Shown piece after piece: positions 1-10,200 of a DNA stretch of 64,000 nucleotides (positions are counted from its first letter, which is position 1; every line of letters begins with the position of its first letter). The notes below the pieces were generated by a model. The model saw nothing but the letters and a program-made list of their open reading frames with translations. It had not been told where the DNA came from and ran no database searches. This DNA comes from an uncultured delta proteobacterium (lineage in GTDB: Bacteria > Desulfobacterota > Binatia > UBA9968). The DNA lies in NCBI GenBank assembly GCA_963816145.1, contig CAWFJP010000014.1, positions 480,001 through 544,000 on the forward strand, given 5' to 3'. A program made the position numbers and the translations under genes.

Positions 1-723
1 TACCGTGGCAAGGGTTATTACAAGCAAAAGATGGCGCTGCGGGTATTGGGCTGTTTCCCGTCTTGGGACCGCATCGCCTTGGTGGTGTCGAAGGATCTGG
101 GTGTGAAGTCGCTTGCCGATATCGTCCGGCGTCGAATCCCGCTGCATGTCTCGACGCGCTTGTCCGGTGTCGACAATGGAACTTATTTTACCATCGCGAC
201 GATTCTGGGTTTCTACGGATTCTCTTTCGGGCAAATCAAGAAATGGGGCGGGCGCGTCCAAGAATGTACGAGGCCATTTGCCCAGGAACGGATGAGTGCG
301 ATCAAGAAACGGTCGCTGACGGCGATCTTCGACGAAGGTGTGAGCACCACCGGCGGCTGGTTGGATCTCGCGCTGGACAACGGTTATGAAATCATTCCCA
401 TCGAAGGGCCGATCGTCAAAAAGCTCGAGTCGATGGGTTACAGCCGTGCGCTACTGCCGAAGAAGCGCTACAGGCAGTTGAAACAAGACGCGCTAACCAT
501 CGACTATAGCGGCTGGGCATTGGTGACGCATAAATGGCTGCCCAACCGGATCGCCTACGCTGCCATCGAGACCATCGACGAACGCAAAAAAGTTATTCCG
601 GTCGACGACGACCGGCCGCTCAACATGAAAAATCTCTGCCACAGCACGGAAAAGTGTCCGCTGCGCGTGCCGCTCCATCCGGGGGCGGCGCAGTATTATC
701 GGAAGAAGGGATATCTGGAATAA
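1..723 (+). CDS. TAXI-family TRAP transporter solute-binding protein (5'-truncated by window edge)
   Basis: Frame open from base 1; C-terminal VPLHPGAAQYYRKKG is the typical TAXI ending. Confidence 0.75.
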   Translation, partial: YRGKGYYKQKMALRVLGCFPSWDRIALVVSKDLGVKSLADIVRRRIPLHVSTRLSGVDNGTYFTIATILGFYGFSFGQIKKWGGRVQECTRPFAQERMSAIKKRSLTAIFDEGVSTTGGWLDLALDNGYEIIPIEGPIVKKLESMGYSRALLPKKRYRQLKQDALTIDYSGWALVTHKWLPNRIAYAAIETIDERKKVIPVDDDRPLNMKNLCHSTEKCPLRVPLHPGAAQYYRKKGYLE

Positions 724-734
724 GGGCGAAGTAG

Positions 735-812
735 GAAGGATGAAGGATGAATCGAAAACCGCAATGAACGGGGTTCACTTCATTCTTCCGCCTTCATCCT
801 TCATGCTTTCTT
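735..812. repeat. Inverted heptamer-array hairpin (AAGGATG units)
   Basis: gaaggatgaaggatgaa ... ttcatccttcatgctttc between co-directional genes. Confidence 0.6.
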
Positions 813-827
813 TCATTAGGAGATTCT

Positions 828-3053
828 ATGAGTTACCAAGTAGTCGGCCACTCGATTCCGCGCACGGATAATACCGCCAAGGTTACCGGCGATGCGCGTT
901 ACACTTCGGATGTGTTGTTGCCGGGGACGCTGTGGGCGAAAACATTGCGCAGTCCCCATGCCCATGCGCGCATCCAGCGCGTCGACACGTCGCGCGCGGA
1001 GAAAGCGCCGGGGGTGCGGGCGATCCTTACGGGAAATGACGTGCGCGGCATTCTCTACGGCCGGCGCTACCGGGATATTTCCGTCCTGGCCCAGGACAAA
1101 GTGCGCTTCATGGGCGAGCGGGTTGCGGCGGTGGCGGCGGACTCGCTCGAACAGGCCGAAGCCGCATTGGAATTGATCGAGGTTCAGTACCAAGAACTGC
1201 CGGCGGTGTTCGACGTGGTCGCAGCGACGCAGGACGGCGCGCCGCTGATACACCCGGACGTGAACAGCTACAAGGGATTGCCCAAGCAGTTCGACAAGCC
1301 GACCAACGCGTTTGTCCAGGATGTGTTCACGCGCGGCGATGTCGCGAACGGCTTTGCCCAGGCCGACGTCATCGTCGAGAACACCTACAGCGTGCCGCGG
1401 GTGCATCAGGGATTTCTCGAACCCCATTGCTGTTTGGTGTGGATCGATGAGCAGGAGCGCATTCAGATATGGTCGCCGTGCAAAGTGCCCCAGGGGTTGA
1501 AGTCGAGCATGGCGGCGGCCTTCGATATCCCCAAGGAAAAAATTCGCGTCAATCCGGTAGCCATCGGCGGCGATTTCGGCGGCAAGGGCGCGCCCTTCGA
1601 TGAGCCGATCGCGTATTTGCTGGCGTTGCGCACTGGCCGGCCGGTGAAGATGGTGATGGAATACCGCGAAGAGTTCATCGCCGGCGCGCCGCGCCATGCC
1701 GGCGTAATGCGTTTGAAGACCGGCGTCAAGCACGACGGCACCATGGTCGCCCATGAGATGGAAGCGTTTCTCGATGCCGGCGCTTACGGCGGCTTTCGTC
1801 CCGGCGCGGTGATCGGCGGCGTCGCTCACGCGGGCGGCTGTTATCGCGCCGCCCATGCGCGCATTTCGGTTTCGCGCGTCTACACCAACAATATCCCCGG
1901 TGGCCAGTTCCGCGCGCCGGGCGAACCCCAGGGCGTGTTTGCGGCGGAGTCGCATATCGATTGCGTCGCGCGCAAGGTCGGCATGGACCCGGCGGCGTTT
2001 CGCCTGAAGAATTTGATGGTGGAAGGTGACGAGACGCTGACGGGCAGCCACTATAAAGACATCAAGGCGAAGGAGACGTTGGCTGCGGCGCTAAAAGCGT
2101 CGGGTTACAACGGACCGAAAGCCAAGAACGTCGGACGCGGTGTGGCGATGGGCTATCGCGGTCCCGGCGGCGGTAACACGGCGATGCAGATTTCCCTCGA
2201 ACCGGACGGCGCCGTTGTGATTCACACCGGTCTGTTCGAACAGGGTACGGGAACCTACACGACGATCCGGCAAATCGCGGCCGAAGAGCTGCGTTGCCAG
2301 CCGGAAACTATTCGCATCGATACTGTCGACACCGATCTTGGCGTATCTTTCGACTCCGGCATCGGCGGCAGCCGCGGTACGCGCGTCGCCAGCAGTGCGG
2401 CCTACACCGCCGCCTGCGACGCGCGGGAGAAACTGCTGGTGCTCGCCGAGAAATTGCTCGGCTGGCCGAAGGCGGAGATCGCTCTCGAAGGCGGTGCGCT
2501 GATTCACAAGACGACTAAGAAACGGCAGCGCTGGGACGAACTGCTCAAGCGCGTCGGTCGGTCGATCAGCGGTGAAGCGGTGACTCGCGATGACGGTCAT
2601 TCGCCGGTGACCGCATTTGCCGCCCAGGTCGCCGAGGTTGCCGTCGATCCGGCTACCGGAGAAGTTACGTTGCGCAAACTGACTACCGCCCATGATACCG
2701 GCGTGATCATGAACCCGGTGGGCCATCAAGGACAAATCGATGGCGGCGTCGTCCAAGGCGTCGGCTACGGGATGATCGAATACCTGCCGGTGCAAGACGG
2801 CAAAGTCGAAGTGGCAAACTTTGGCGAATACAAACTTCCCAATATCTGCGATATTCCACCGCTAAAAACCGTGATCGTCGAGAGCGACAGCGGTGTCGGC
2901 CCGTACAAAGTCAAAGGCATCGGCGAGAATCCGATCTCGCCCGTGGCACCGGCGATTGCTAACGCAATCGAGGACGCGGTGGGCGTGCGCATTCGCGATC
3001 TGCCGATCACGGCGGAGAAAGTCTATCAAGCATTGAGAGAGAAAAGTTCGTAA
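828..3053 (+). CDS. Xanthine dehydrogenase family molybdopterin-binding subunit
   Basis: KVTGDARYTSD, LRSPHAHARI, IGGDFGGK, FRAPGEPQG, GQIDGGVVQGVG, KGIGE motifs; RBS AGGAGA. Confidence 0.93.
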   Translation: MSYQVVGHSIPRTDNTAKVTGDARYTSDVLLPGTLWAKTLRSPHAHARIQRVDTSRAEKAPGVRAILTGNDVRGILYGRRYRDISVLAQDKVRFMGERVAAVAADSLEQAEAALELIEVQYQELPAVFDVVAATQDGAPLIHPDVNSYKGLPKQFDKPTNAFVQDVFTRGDVANGFAQADVIVENTYSVPRVHQGFLEPHCCLVWIDEQERIQIWSPCKVPQGLKSSMAAAFDIPKEKIRVNPVAIGGDFGGKGAPFDEPIAYLLALRTGRPVKMVMEYREEFIAGAPRHAGVMRLKTGVKHDGTMVAHEMEAFLDAGAYGGFRPGAVIGGVAHAGGCYRAAHARISVSRVYTNNIPGGQFRAPGEPQGVFAAESHIDCVARKVGMDPAAFRLKNLMVEGDETLTGSHYKDIKAKETLAAALKASGYNGPKAKNVGRGVAMGYRGPGGGNTAMQISLEPDGAVVIHTGLFEQGTGTYTTIRQIAAEELRCQPETIRIDTVDTDLGVSFDSGIGGSRGTRVASSAAYTAACDAREKLLVLAEKLLGWPKAEIALEGGALIHKTTKKRQRWDELLKRVGRSISGEAVTRDDGHSPVTAFAAQVAEVAVDPATGEVTLRKLTTAHDTGVIMNPVGHQGQIDGGVVQGVGYGMIEYLPVQDGKVEVANFGEYKLPNICDIPPLKTVIVESDSGVGPYKVKGIGENPISPVAPAIANAIEDAVGVRIRDLPITAEKVYQALREKSS

Positions 3054-3122
3054 AGGGTGAAGGGTAAGGGGTGAGGGGGGGGCGGAATCCAGACGCCTTA
3101 CGCCTCACCCTTTACCCCTTAC
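3054..3122. repeat. Inverted heptamer-array hairpin (AGGGTRA units)
   Basis: agggtgaagggtaaggggtgag ... ccttacgcctcaccctttacccctta. Confidence 0.6.
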
Positions 3123-3143
3123 GTTCTTTTTCGGGAGGAAAAA

Positions 3144-4568
3144 ATGCCGTTCGAATCGATGGATGATTTTATCAAGGCGGCGGATCAGGTCGGCGAAGTG
3201 CTGCATGTCGACGGCGCCGATCTAGAACTTGATGTCGGCGGCTTGACCGAACTGACGGCGGAGAAGAGCGGTCCTATGGTGGTCTTCGACAAGTTCGCCG
3301 GTTTCCCGACGGGCTTTCGTGTCGCCGCCAATGCCAACCGCACGTTGCGCCGGTTTGCCCTGGCGATGGATTTGCCGCTCGACATTCATCCACTGGAGTT
3401 GTTGCGCCGCTGGCGCGACAAGCGCGCCGATTCCAAGCCGATTCCAGCGCGAGTCGTCAGAGACGGACCCGTGCTGGCCAACGTCGAGCAAGGCGATGCC
3501 GTTGACATCGAAAAGTTTCCCGCGCCGCGCTGGCATCCCGGCGACGGCGGCCGCTACATCGGCACCCAGGACATGGTCATCGTGCGCGATCCCGAACAGG
3601 GTTGGGTCAACATGGGTTGTTACCGCGCGATGGTGCAGCGCCGTGATCGCGTCACTCTATGGATCAATCCACAGAAGCATGGCCGCATCCTCGCGCAAAA
3701 ATATTGGCGCGACGGCAAGGCCGCGCCGGTTGCCGTCGTGTTCGGCTGCGAGCCGGTGACTTGGATGACGGCGTCGATGTCGCCGCCGTTCGGCACTTCG
3801 GAGTACGAACTCGCCGGCGCCTATCGCGGCAGTCCGGTGGACGTGGTCGAGTTGCCGCTGACGAAATTGCCCGTGCCGGCGCACGCCGAGATCGTCATCG
3901 AAGGCGAGATTCCGCCGGAGAGCGAAGAGACCGCGATTGAAGGGCCGTTCGGCGAATGGCCGGGTTATTACACGCACCAGGGACCGGAAGCGGTCGTGCG
4001 CATCAAGCGCATTTACTACCGCGACAATCCGATCATCGCCGGCGCGCCGCCGCTCCGGCCGATCAACTGGAGCAATTTCACCAACTATGTCCACCTGTGG
4101 GAGCATCTCGAACGCTCCGGCATCACCGACATCAACGGTGTCTGGGGCTTTTACAACGGCCTGCTCACGGTAGTATCGCTCAAGCAACGTTACGCCGGTC
4201 ATGCCAAGCAAGCACTGATCACCGCCGCGGGCTTTCGCCACGGTGACATGAAGACCTACTACGTCACGGTCGACGACGACATCGATCCGACCAATCAGGA
4301 AGAAGTCCTTTGGGCCATGTGCACCCGCGTCGATCCGACGACTTCGGTCGATGTCTTGCGCGATGCCTGGACCGCCGACCTCGACCCGCGCGTGTCGCCG
4401 GCGCGCCGCGCCCAGGGCGATCTGACCGTCGGCCGCATGCTCATCAACGCCTGCAAGCCGTTCGCCTGGCGCGATCAATTCGCCAAAACCAATGTGTTTG
4501 GCGCTGACGATCGCCAGAAGCTGCAAGCGAAGTGGGGCGATTTGTTGGCGAAGATGGGAACGAAATAA
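3144..4568 (+). CDS. UbiD-family (prFMN) decarboxylase
   Basis: DGGRYIG, NMGCYR, EIVIEG, EGPFGEWPGYY, VDDDID, WAMCTR. Confidence 0.93.
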   Translation: MPFESMDDFIKAADQVGEVLHVDGADLELDVGGLTELTAEKSGPMVVFDKFAGFPTGFRVAANANRTLRRFALAMDLPLDIHPLELLRRWRDKRADSKPIPARVVRDGPVLANVEQGDAVDIEKFPAPRWHPGDGGRYIGTQDMVIVRDPEQGWVNMGCYRAMVQRRDRVTLWINPQKHGRILAQKYWRDGKAAPVAVVFGCEPVTWMTASMSPPFGTSEYELAGAYRGSPVDVVELPLTKLPVPAHAEIVIEGEIPPESEETAIEGPFGEWPGYYTHQGPEAVVRIKRIYYRDNPIIAGAPPLRPINWSNFTNYVHLWEHLERSGITDINGVWGFYNGLLTVVSLKQRYAGHAKQALITAAGFRHGDMKTYYVTVDDDIDPTNQEEVLWAMCTRVDPTTSVDVLRDAWTADLDPRVSPARRAQGDLTVGRMLINACKPFAWRDQFAKTNVFGADDRQKLQAKWGDLLAKMGTK

Positions 4569-4840
4569 GAGGCGAATTTTTCACCACGACGGCAAGAAGG
4601 ACACGAAGTTCGAAAAATGACGTAAAACGGAATTCGGCATCGCGCTTCGCTTCATTCGGGCTAGGGACACTGCATTCATGCGTCTCGCGTTTATCTCTCA
4701 TTCATAAAATCCTGCCATACTCTGATTCCCCTGCTTTAACCAGGCAGCCGGCTGTAATATAAAGATCGAATCGGTAGAACTCATTTGCTGGCTAATTGAG
4801 TCCGGCACGTTGCTTTCAATTCAGCTTTTCTGGAGGAACG

Positions 4841-5989
4841 ATGGAGATCAAACATAAACTTATCAGCGCCGATTCCCATGCCGGGTTCGACCGCGACGAC
4901 TTCACCAAGCGCATGTCCGCGAGTAAGTGGGGCGACAAAATTCCGCAGATCGTCGAGACCAAAGAGAACGGCAAGCGGATCGATCGCTGGACCGTGTATG
5001 GCGAGGTGCGCCACGGCGATGTGGCGAATTGTCCGGTTCTGATGGGCGATCCGTTTCCGACTTATCCGCAACTCTACGAAGCGATTCCCAAGGCGTACCA
5101 CGATCCGCAGGCGCGCATGGCGATGCTCGACGCCGATGGGGTCGACGCCGAGGTGCTGTTTCCCAACCCGCCGGGCGGAACGTTTTTCGAGCCCGGCGAT
5201 GTCGAATACGAGTTGGACGTGGTGCGCGCTTACAACGACATCCTCGCCGAGTGGAAACGGGTCAGCGACCGTTACGTGCCTCTGGCGATCGTGCCGTATT
5301 TGAGCGCGCCGGAGGTGATCAAAAAAGAACTCGAACGCGCTGCGGCGGCGGGCCATCGCGGCGTCAATCTCATGGGGCAGATGCCCAAAGGGCTGCCGCA
5401 TATCACCGAACCGTACTGGAATCCGCTTTGGGAGGTTTGCCAGGCGTTGGAACTGCCGATTCATTTTCATGGCTCGGCGGGACTGAGCGCGGGCGCCTCG
5501 GTGCGCAAGTGGAGCGGCTATTCGCCGCGCCAGGCTCACTCGGCGCAGACCGCGACCTCGGCGGTGACGCCGGCGCAGATCGTGCCGCAATTTATTTTCT
5601 CCGGGATCACCGAAAAGTTTCCCGGTTTGATCAGCGTATTTCCTGAGGCTGGTGTCGGCAGTCTGAACTATGTCATCGCAACTTGCGATCACGAATGGGA
5701 AAGCCGCCACCTGTGGACCGAAGGCATAATCACGCGGCCGAGCGAGATCGTACGCCGGCAGATGTACGTGAATTTTTGGTTCGAAGCCGAAGGCATCAAG
5801 CTGCGCGATGACATCGGCGTCGACAACATCATGTGGGAGTCGGACTTCCCCCATGTGGCGTCGTACTACCCGCATTCGTGGCGCGAGGTCGAGCGCGTGC
5901 TCACCGGCGTGCCGGAGGCGGACCGGCGCAAGATGCAATATGAAAACGCCGTGCGGCTGTACAAGATCGACGCGGTGTTGCCGGCTTGA
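4841..5989 (+). CDS. Amidohydrolase_2 family protein
   Basis: ISADSH, DGVDAEVLFP, LPIHFH, WESDFPH; RBS GGAGG before ATG 4841. Confidence 0.9.
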   Translation: MEIKHKLISADSHAGFDRDDFTKRMSASKWGDKIPQIVETKENGKRIDRWTVYGEVRHGDVANCPVLMGDPFPTYPQLYEAIPKAYHDPQARMAMLDADGVDAEVLFPNPPGGTFFEPGDVEYELDVVRAYNDILAEWKRVSDRYVPLAIVPYLSAPEVIKKELERAAAAGHRGVNLMGQMPKGLPHITEPYWNPLWEVCQALELPIHFHGSAGLSAGASVRKWSGYSPRQAHSAQTATSAVTPAQIVPQFIFSGITEKFPGLISVFPEAGVGSLNYVIATCDHEWESRHLWTEGIITRPSEIVRRQMYVNFWFEAEGIKLRDDIGVDNIMWESDFPHVASYYPHSWREVERVLTGVPEADRRKMQYENAVRLYKIDAVLPA

Positions 5990-6020
5990 GTGTCCTAGCG
6001 CTTGAGGAGAGGAACTGATC

Positions 6021-6101
6021 TCACCACGAAGACACGAAGGACACGAAGGGTTCGGAGAAATATTATTCCGAACTTCGTGCTCTTCGTGTCCTTCGTGGTG
6101 A
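6021..6101. repeat. Nonamer-array hairpin (CACGAAG family)
   Basis: tcaccacgaagacacgaaggacacgaag ... cttcgtgctcttcgtgtccttcgtggtga; similar copies at 15732, 25281, 36860, 58014, 59614. Confidence 0.85.
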
Positions 6102-6125
6102 ACCGTGTTAGGGAGGAACATTTGC

Positions 6126-7250
6126 ATGCAATTGAAGTTTGGCTTTATCAGCGTCGACGATCATGTGCAGGAGACGCCCGATCTGTGGACCAGCCGGGTC
6201 GCGAAAAAGTTCGCCGACCGCGTGCCGCAGTTGGTAACTGCAAAGGATGGCAGCCAGCAGTGGTTCGTCGATGGCCAGATGCTCCTCGACGGCCGCACCG
6301 CCCGGGTCGGCGCGTTGATGGCGGACCGCAATGAAGATCCCAAACGCTGGGCCGATGTGCCGGCGCCGGCGTATATGCCAACGGAGCGATTGAAGGCGAT
6401 GGACTCGGCCGGCATCGACTACTCGGTTCTTTATCCGACAGTGGCTGGCCTAGCCGGGGATACCTTCGGCCGCCTGCAAGACTCGGAGTTGGAAATCGCC
6501 TGTGTGCGGGCTTACAACGATTGGCTGATCGACGAATGGGCGGGCGCCAGCGACCGTTTCATACCCCAGTGTCTGGTGCCAATCTGGCCCATCGACGCGG
6601 CGGTCGCCGAAATCAAGCGCGCGGTAGGGCGCGGCCATCGCGGCGTGATCCTGCCGTCCTTGCCCATGCACCTGCGCGAGGTGCCGCATATCAGCGGACC
6701 CGAGTATGACCCGCTCTGGTCGGTGTGCGAGGAGCTGGGCGTGCCGATCTGCCTCCACGCCGGCGGTTCGCCGGAACTACAGTCGCCCTTGCCGCCAAAT
6801 ATGAAACCGGCGCTGGCCGCCGCAGTGGATGCTTCGACCAAACCGGTGTCGAGCGTGTTCGTGATTTCGCTTTACTCCTTTTCGCGCATCTTGCTGCGCC
6901 ACCCGAAGTTGCGCTTGGTTCTGGCCGAAAGCGCACTCAGCTGGGGCATGCTCTATTTGGAATGGGCCGATCACCAGTTCGAACATGATGGTCTCGTCCG
7001 CGAGGGTTACGATCTCACGCCGTTGCAAATGTTCAAGCGCCAATGTTTCTTCAACGCTTGGTACGATCCGGTCGCGCCGTTCACCGACTACATCGGCGCC
7101 GATCACATCCTCTGGTCGGCCAATCTACCGCTGGCGAATTCGACTTGGCCGCGCACTCAGGAAACAATCGGTCATTGTTTCAAAGGCGTATCGGCCGACG
7201 CACGCGAACGAGTGTTGTGGAAAAATGCGGCTGAGCTTTATCGGCTGTAG
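6126..7250 (+). CDS. Amidohydrolase_2 family protein (strand-8 Asp motif altered)
   Basis: SVDDHVQE, GIDYSVLYP, PICLH, but WSANLP where paralogues have W-x-(S/N)-D-F-(P/A)-H. Confidence 0.88.
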   Translation: MQLKFGFISVDDHVQETPDLWTSRVAKKFADRVPQLVTAKDGSQQWFVDGQMLLDGRTARVGALMADRNEDPKRWADVPAPAYMPTERLKAMDSAGIDYSVLYPTVAGLAGDTFGRLQDSELEIACVRAYNDWLIDEWAGASDRFIPQCLVPIWPIDAAVAEIKRAVGRGHRGVILPSLPMHLREVPHISGPEYDPLWSVCEELGVPICLHAGGSPELQSPLPPNMKPALAAAVDASTKPVSSVFVISLYSFSRILLRHPKLRLVLAESALSWGMLYLEWADHQFEHDGLVREGYDLTPLQMFKRQCFFNAWYDPVAPFTDYIGADHILWSANLPLANSTWPRTQETIGHCFKGVSADARERVLWKNAAELYRL

Positions 7251-7382
7251 GAGTTGGATAGCGAAATATCAGGATTCGTGCCGATCAGTGCCGTGGCGCG
7301 AGGTGCTTAAATTGTACGGCCTGGTCCTGACTCCCTTTAGCCGGCTCCAAGCGAAGAAAAGACAGGTCAATCGAGGCATGAC

Positions 7383-8369
7383 ATGAAAGCAGTCTGGTAC
7401 GACAAACAGGGCCCGGCACGCGAAGTCTTAAACTACGGTGACATGCCCACGCCGGAAGCTGGCCCCGGTGAAGTTCGCATCAAGCTTGAAGCATCCGGCG
7501 TCAATCCGTCCGACACCTATCGCCGCGCGGGAACCGCGGACCCGATGGAATATCCACGCGTGATCGTTAATAGCGATGGCGCAGGCATCGTGGACCAGAT
7601 CGGATCAGGCGCCACGCGTTTCAAGGTCGGTGACCGCGTTTGGCTGTACAACGGCCAGCGTAACGGACGCGCCTTTGGCACTGCGGCTGAATATATCGCG
7701 CTCGATGAGGCCCTCGTTACGCCACTGCCGGACAACGTGTCGTTCGCGGAAGGCGCAACGCTCGGTGTGCCCGGCATGACCGCGTGGGTCTGCTTATTTC
7801 ATGCTGGTCCCATCGACGGACGAACGGTGCTGGTCACCGGCGGTGCAGGTGCGGTAGGTCAATATGCCATTCAGCTGGCGAAATGGGGCGGTGCGCGCGT
7901 CATCACCACTGTGAGTTCGTCGCAAAAGGCGCAGATCGCCAACGCGGCCGGCGCGGACCTCGTGATCGATTACAAGCAGGAGGATGTCGTTGAATGCGTG
8001 CGCAATTTTAGTCCCAAGGGCGTGGACCGTATCGTCGAAGTAGACTTCGGCGGCAACATCGCCACCACGGAAAAAATCCTGGCGCGATTCGCCATCGTCG
8101 CCGTCTACGCCACCAAGGGTAATCTGAAGCCCCAGGTGACCGTCCGCACGCTGACCAGTAAGAACGCCACGATCTACTGCATGCAGCTTCCGCTAACACC
8201 GATTCCGCTGCAGCGAAAGGCGCAGGCCGGAATGGCGGAGTGGCTCGTTGGCGGGCGTAGAATTCATATGATCGCAGCGCAGTTTCCGCTGAAGGAAACC
8301 GTCGAAGCCCACCTTGCAGTCGAAGCTGGCACCAAGTTGGGGACCGTTACCGTCGATTGCGCGCGCTGA
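7383..8369 (+). CDS. NADPH:quinone reductase (MDR/zeta-crystallin family)
   Basis: ASGVNPSD, DGAGIV, GTAAEY, VLVTGGAGAVG. Confidence 0.9.
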   Translation: MKAVWYDKQGPAREVLNYGDMPTPEAGPGEVRIKLEASGVNPSDTYRRAGTADPMEYPRVIVNSDGAGIVDQIGSGATRFKVGDRVWLYNGQRNGRAFGTAAEYIALDEALVTPLPDNVSFAEGATLGVPGMTAWVCLFHAGPIDGRTVLVTGGAGAVGQYAIQLAKWGGARVITTVSSSQKAQIANAAGADLVIDYKQEDVVECVRNFSPKGVDRIVEVDFGGNIATTEKILARFAIVAVYATKGNLKPQVTVRTLTSKNATIYCMQLPLTPIPLQRKAQAGMAEWLVGGRRIHMIAAQFPLKETVEAHLAVEAGTKLGTVTVDCAR

Positions 8370-8484
8370 GGGGACTTTGCCAAGTGGGGCGCCAGCGTAG
8401 CGGATAGATAGTAATCACTGTTCTGCCCGCCCCGCGCTATTTGACCCCATCTATGACTCTGACTTTAGCGATCGGAGATGCAAG

Positions 8485-9321
8485 ATGCCTGTGTACATGG
8501 ATCGACATTACGTCGAAGGAGCAACTCGACACGCCCTCGCCGACGCGCACCAGCGGGATATGGCGCTGCAAGAGAAGTATCACGTCAAGTTTCTGACCTA
8601 TTGGTTTGATGAGAAGCGCTCTACCGCGTTTTGTCTCGTGGAGGCGCCGAATCGAGAAACTATTGAACGAGCGCATATCGAAGCTCACGGCTTAGTCCCC
8701 AATGAGGTCCTTGAGGTCGATCCCAAGGTGGTGGACGCCTTCCTGGGCAGAATCGAGGATCCTCCGGCCGTGGCCACGACAGCAGCAGAGACAGGTGAGA
8801 TTCCCATTGATCCGGGTTTCCGCGCCATTATGTTTACGGATTTGAAAGATTCGACACGGATGACGACCCTGTATGGAGACGCCAAAGCCCTGCATCTGCT
8901 GCATATTCACAACGCCCTAACACGCACTGAGCTTCAGCGGTATCGGGGTCGAGAGGTCAAACACATGGGCGACGGGATTATGGCTTCCTTTGCCTCCGTG
9001 CCGGATGCGGTCGAGTGTGCCATTGCCATCCAGAAGGCGTTCGCTGCGTACAACGAAGAAAACCCGCAAACGCCGCTGTATTTACGCATTGGTTTGAGTG
9101 CGGGCGAACCGATCGAGGAACATGGCGACCTGTTTGGCAAGGCGGTCCAACTGGCGGCTCGCCTTTGTGCGCACGCTGAACCTGCTGGGATTCTAGTTTC
9201 TCAGTTAGTGCTGGACCAATGCCAAGGCAGAGAATTGGCTTTTTCAGACGTTACCGAAATCACACTCAAAGGTTTTGATCGCGCCATTCCAGTGTGCGAA
9301 GTGAAATGGATGAAGGCGTAA
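8485..9321 (+). CDS. DUF4242 (SCO4226-like) domain fused to class III nucleotidyl cyclase
   Basis: N-term YMDRH...AHQRD...YWFDE...FCLVEAP...AH.EAHG; C-term FTDLKDST, KHMGDGIMA, RIGLSAGEP, DLFGKAVQLAARL. Confidence 0.85.
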   Translation: MPVYMDRHYVEGATRHALADAHQRDMALQEKYHVKFLTYWFDEKRSTAFCLVEAPNRETIERAHIEAHGLVPNEVLEVDPKVVDAFLGRIEDPPAVATTAAETGEIPIDPGFRAIMFTDLKDSTRMTTLYGDAKALHLLHIHNALTRTELQRYRGREVKHMGDGIMASFASVPDAVECAIAIQKAFAAYNEENPQTPLYLRIGLSAGEPIEEHGDLFGKAVQLAARLCAHAEPAGILVSQLVLDQCQGRELAFSDVTEITLKGFDRAIPVCEVKWMKA

Positions 9322-9389
9322 AGTCCGCAGGAGAAAATATGATGACTGATGTGAATACACGCCAACCAGTCAGTTTAATCGGAGGGTTT

Positions 9390-9803
9390 ATGCGCTTTTT
9401 TGCCGTATTCGTAGCCCTGTCGCTGACCGCGTGTGCCACCTCGCCGATCGCTGTTAATCAGGCATCCGCAGTGCCGTCCTCGCGCATTTTAGCGCCGCAG
9501 TTTTTAGCGCAAGCACAGTACACGGGAAGCCTTATCATCAAGCGTGACGGTGGTTTCATGGGTTCGGCTTGTGACGTTCGGGTTTTTGTCGGTGCCGTGC
9601 CGGTTGCCGATCTCGCGCCGTCGGAAAAGGTCGAGCTATTCGTTCCGCTTGGTGAGCATGTCGTGGCGGCGACTTCGACCAGTAGCTTCTGCGGTGGAGG
9701 TGTTTCTGAAGCGGCAGTTGTCATAAGTCCTGAGCGTCAAAAGATTTTGCGCATCGCCAGCGGTCAGAGCGGTGATATTCATCTTCAACCAAGCGCATTC
9801 TGA
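9390..9803 (+). CDS. Putative lipoprotein
   Basis: RBS GGAGG; lipobox LTAC after hydrophobic stretch; IKRDGGFMGSAC. Confidence 0.7.
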   Translation: MRFFAVFVALSLTACATSPIAVNQASAVPSSRILAPQFLAQAQYTGSLIIKRDGGFMGSACDVRVFVGAVPVADLAPSEKVELFVPLGEHVVAATSTSSFCGGGVSEAAVVISPERQKILRIASGQSGDIHLQPSAF

Positions 9804-9976
9804 ATCTCGCGCCAAATGAAATATTAGCCGGGGCTATTCTCCAGAGTCACTGAATCGCCAACATCTATTACCGGCGACAGGAATGTGGTGACGATGGTGC
9901 GGGAGATTCAGTTGGGGTCATCGCGTAATCGAGTGGTTGCTGACTTTCTGGCAAATTACTCTCCCATGGCCGGTTC

Positions 9977-10200
9977 CTCTCGGGGATGTTAGAAATCCCT
10001 CGCCTTCAGGCGGAGAGAAGATTTGTCATGCCGGCGAAGGCCGGCATCCATCTTCGGTTTTGTTGCAGGGCAAAGAAAACCTGGATTCCGGCCCCGGATC
10101 GAGTCCGGGGCAGGCTCTGCGCCGGGATGACGAAGGGAAGAGTCGACTTCGAGTCGACGATTTCAGAATCCCTCGGCTTATAACCGAGGATTGTTTAATT
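9977..10200 (+). mobile_element. Composite ~200-230 bp palindromic non-autonomous element, copy 1
   Basis: Core GTCATGCCGGCGAAGGCCGGCATCCA...TGGATTCCGGC...GCCGGGATGAC with conserved flanks shared with copies at 14304, 26425, 45248, 48963, 61600. Confidence 0.8.

Noticed and set aside
816-2051. Long antisense ORFs (also 4781-6127, 49250-50239, 56872-57987, 63183-63995)
   Set aside because: Shadow frames opposite well-supported genes, expected from GC-rich codon bias.
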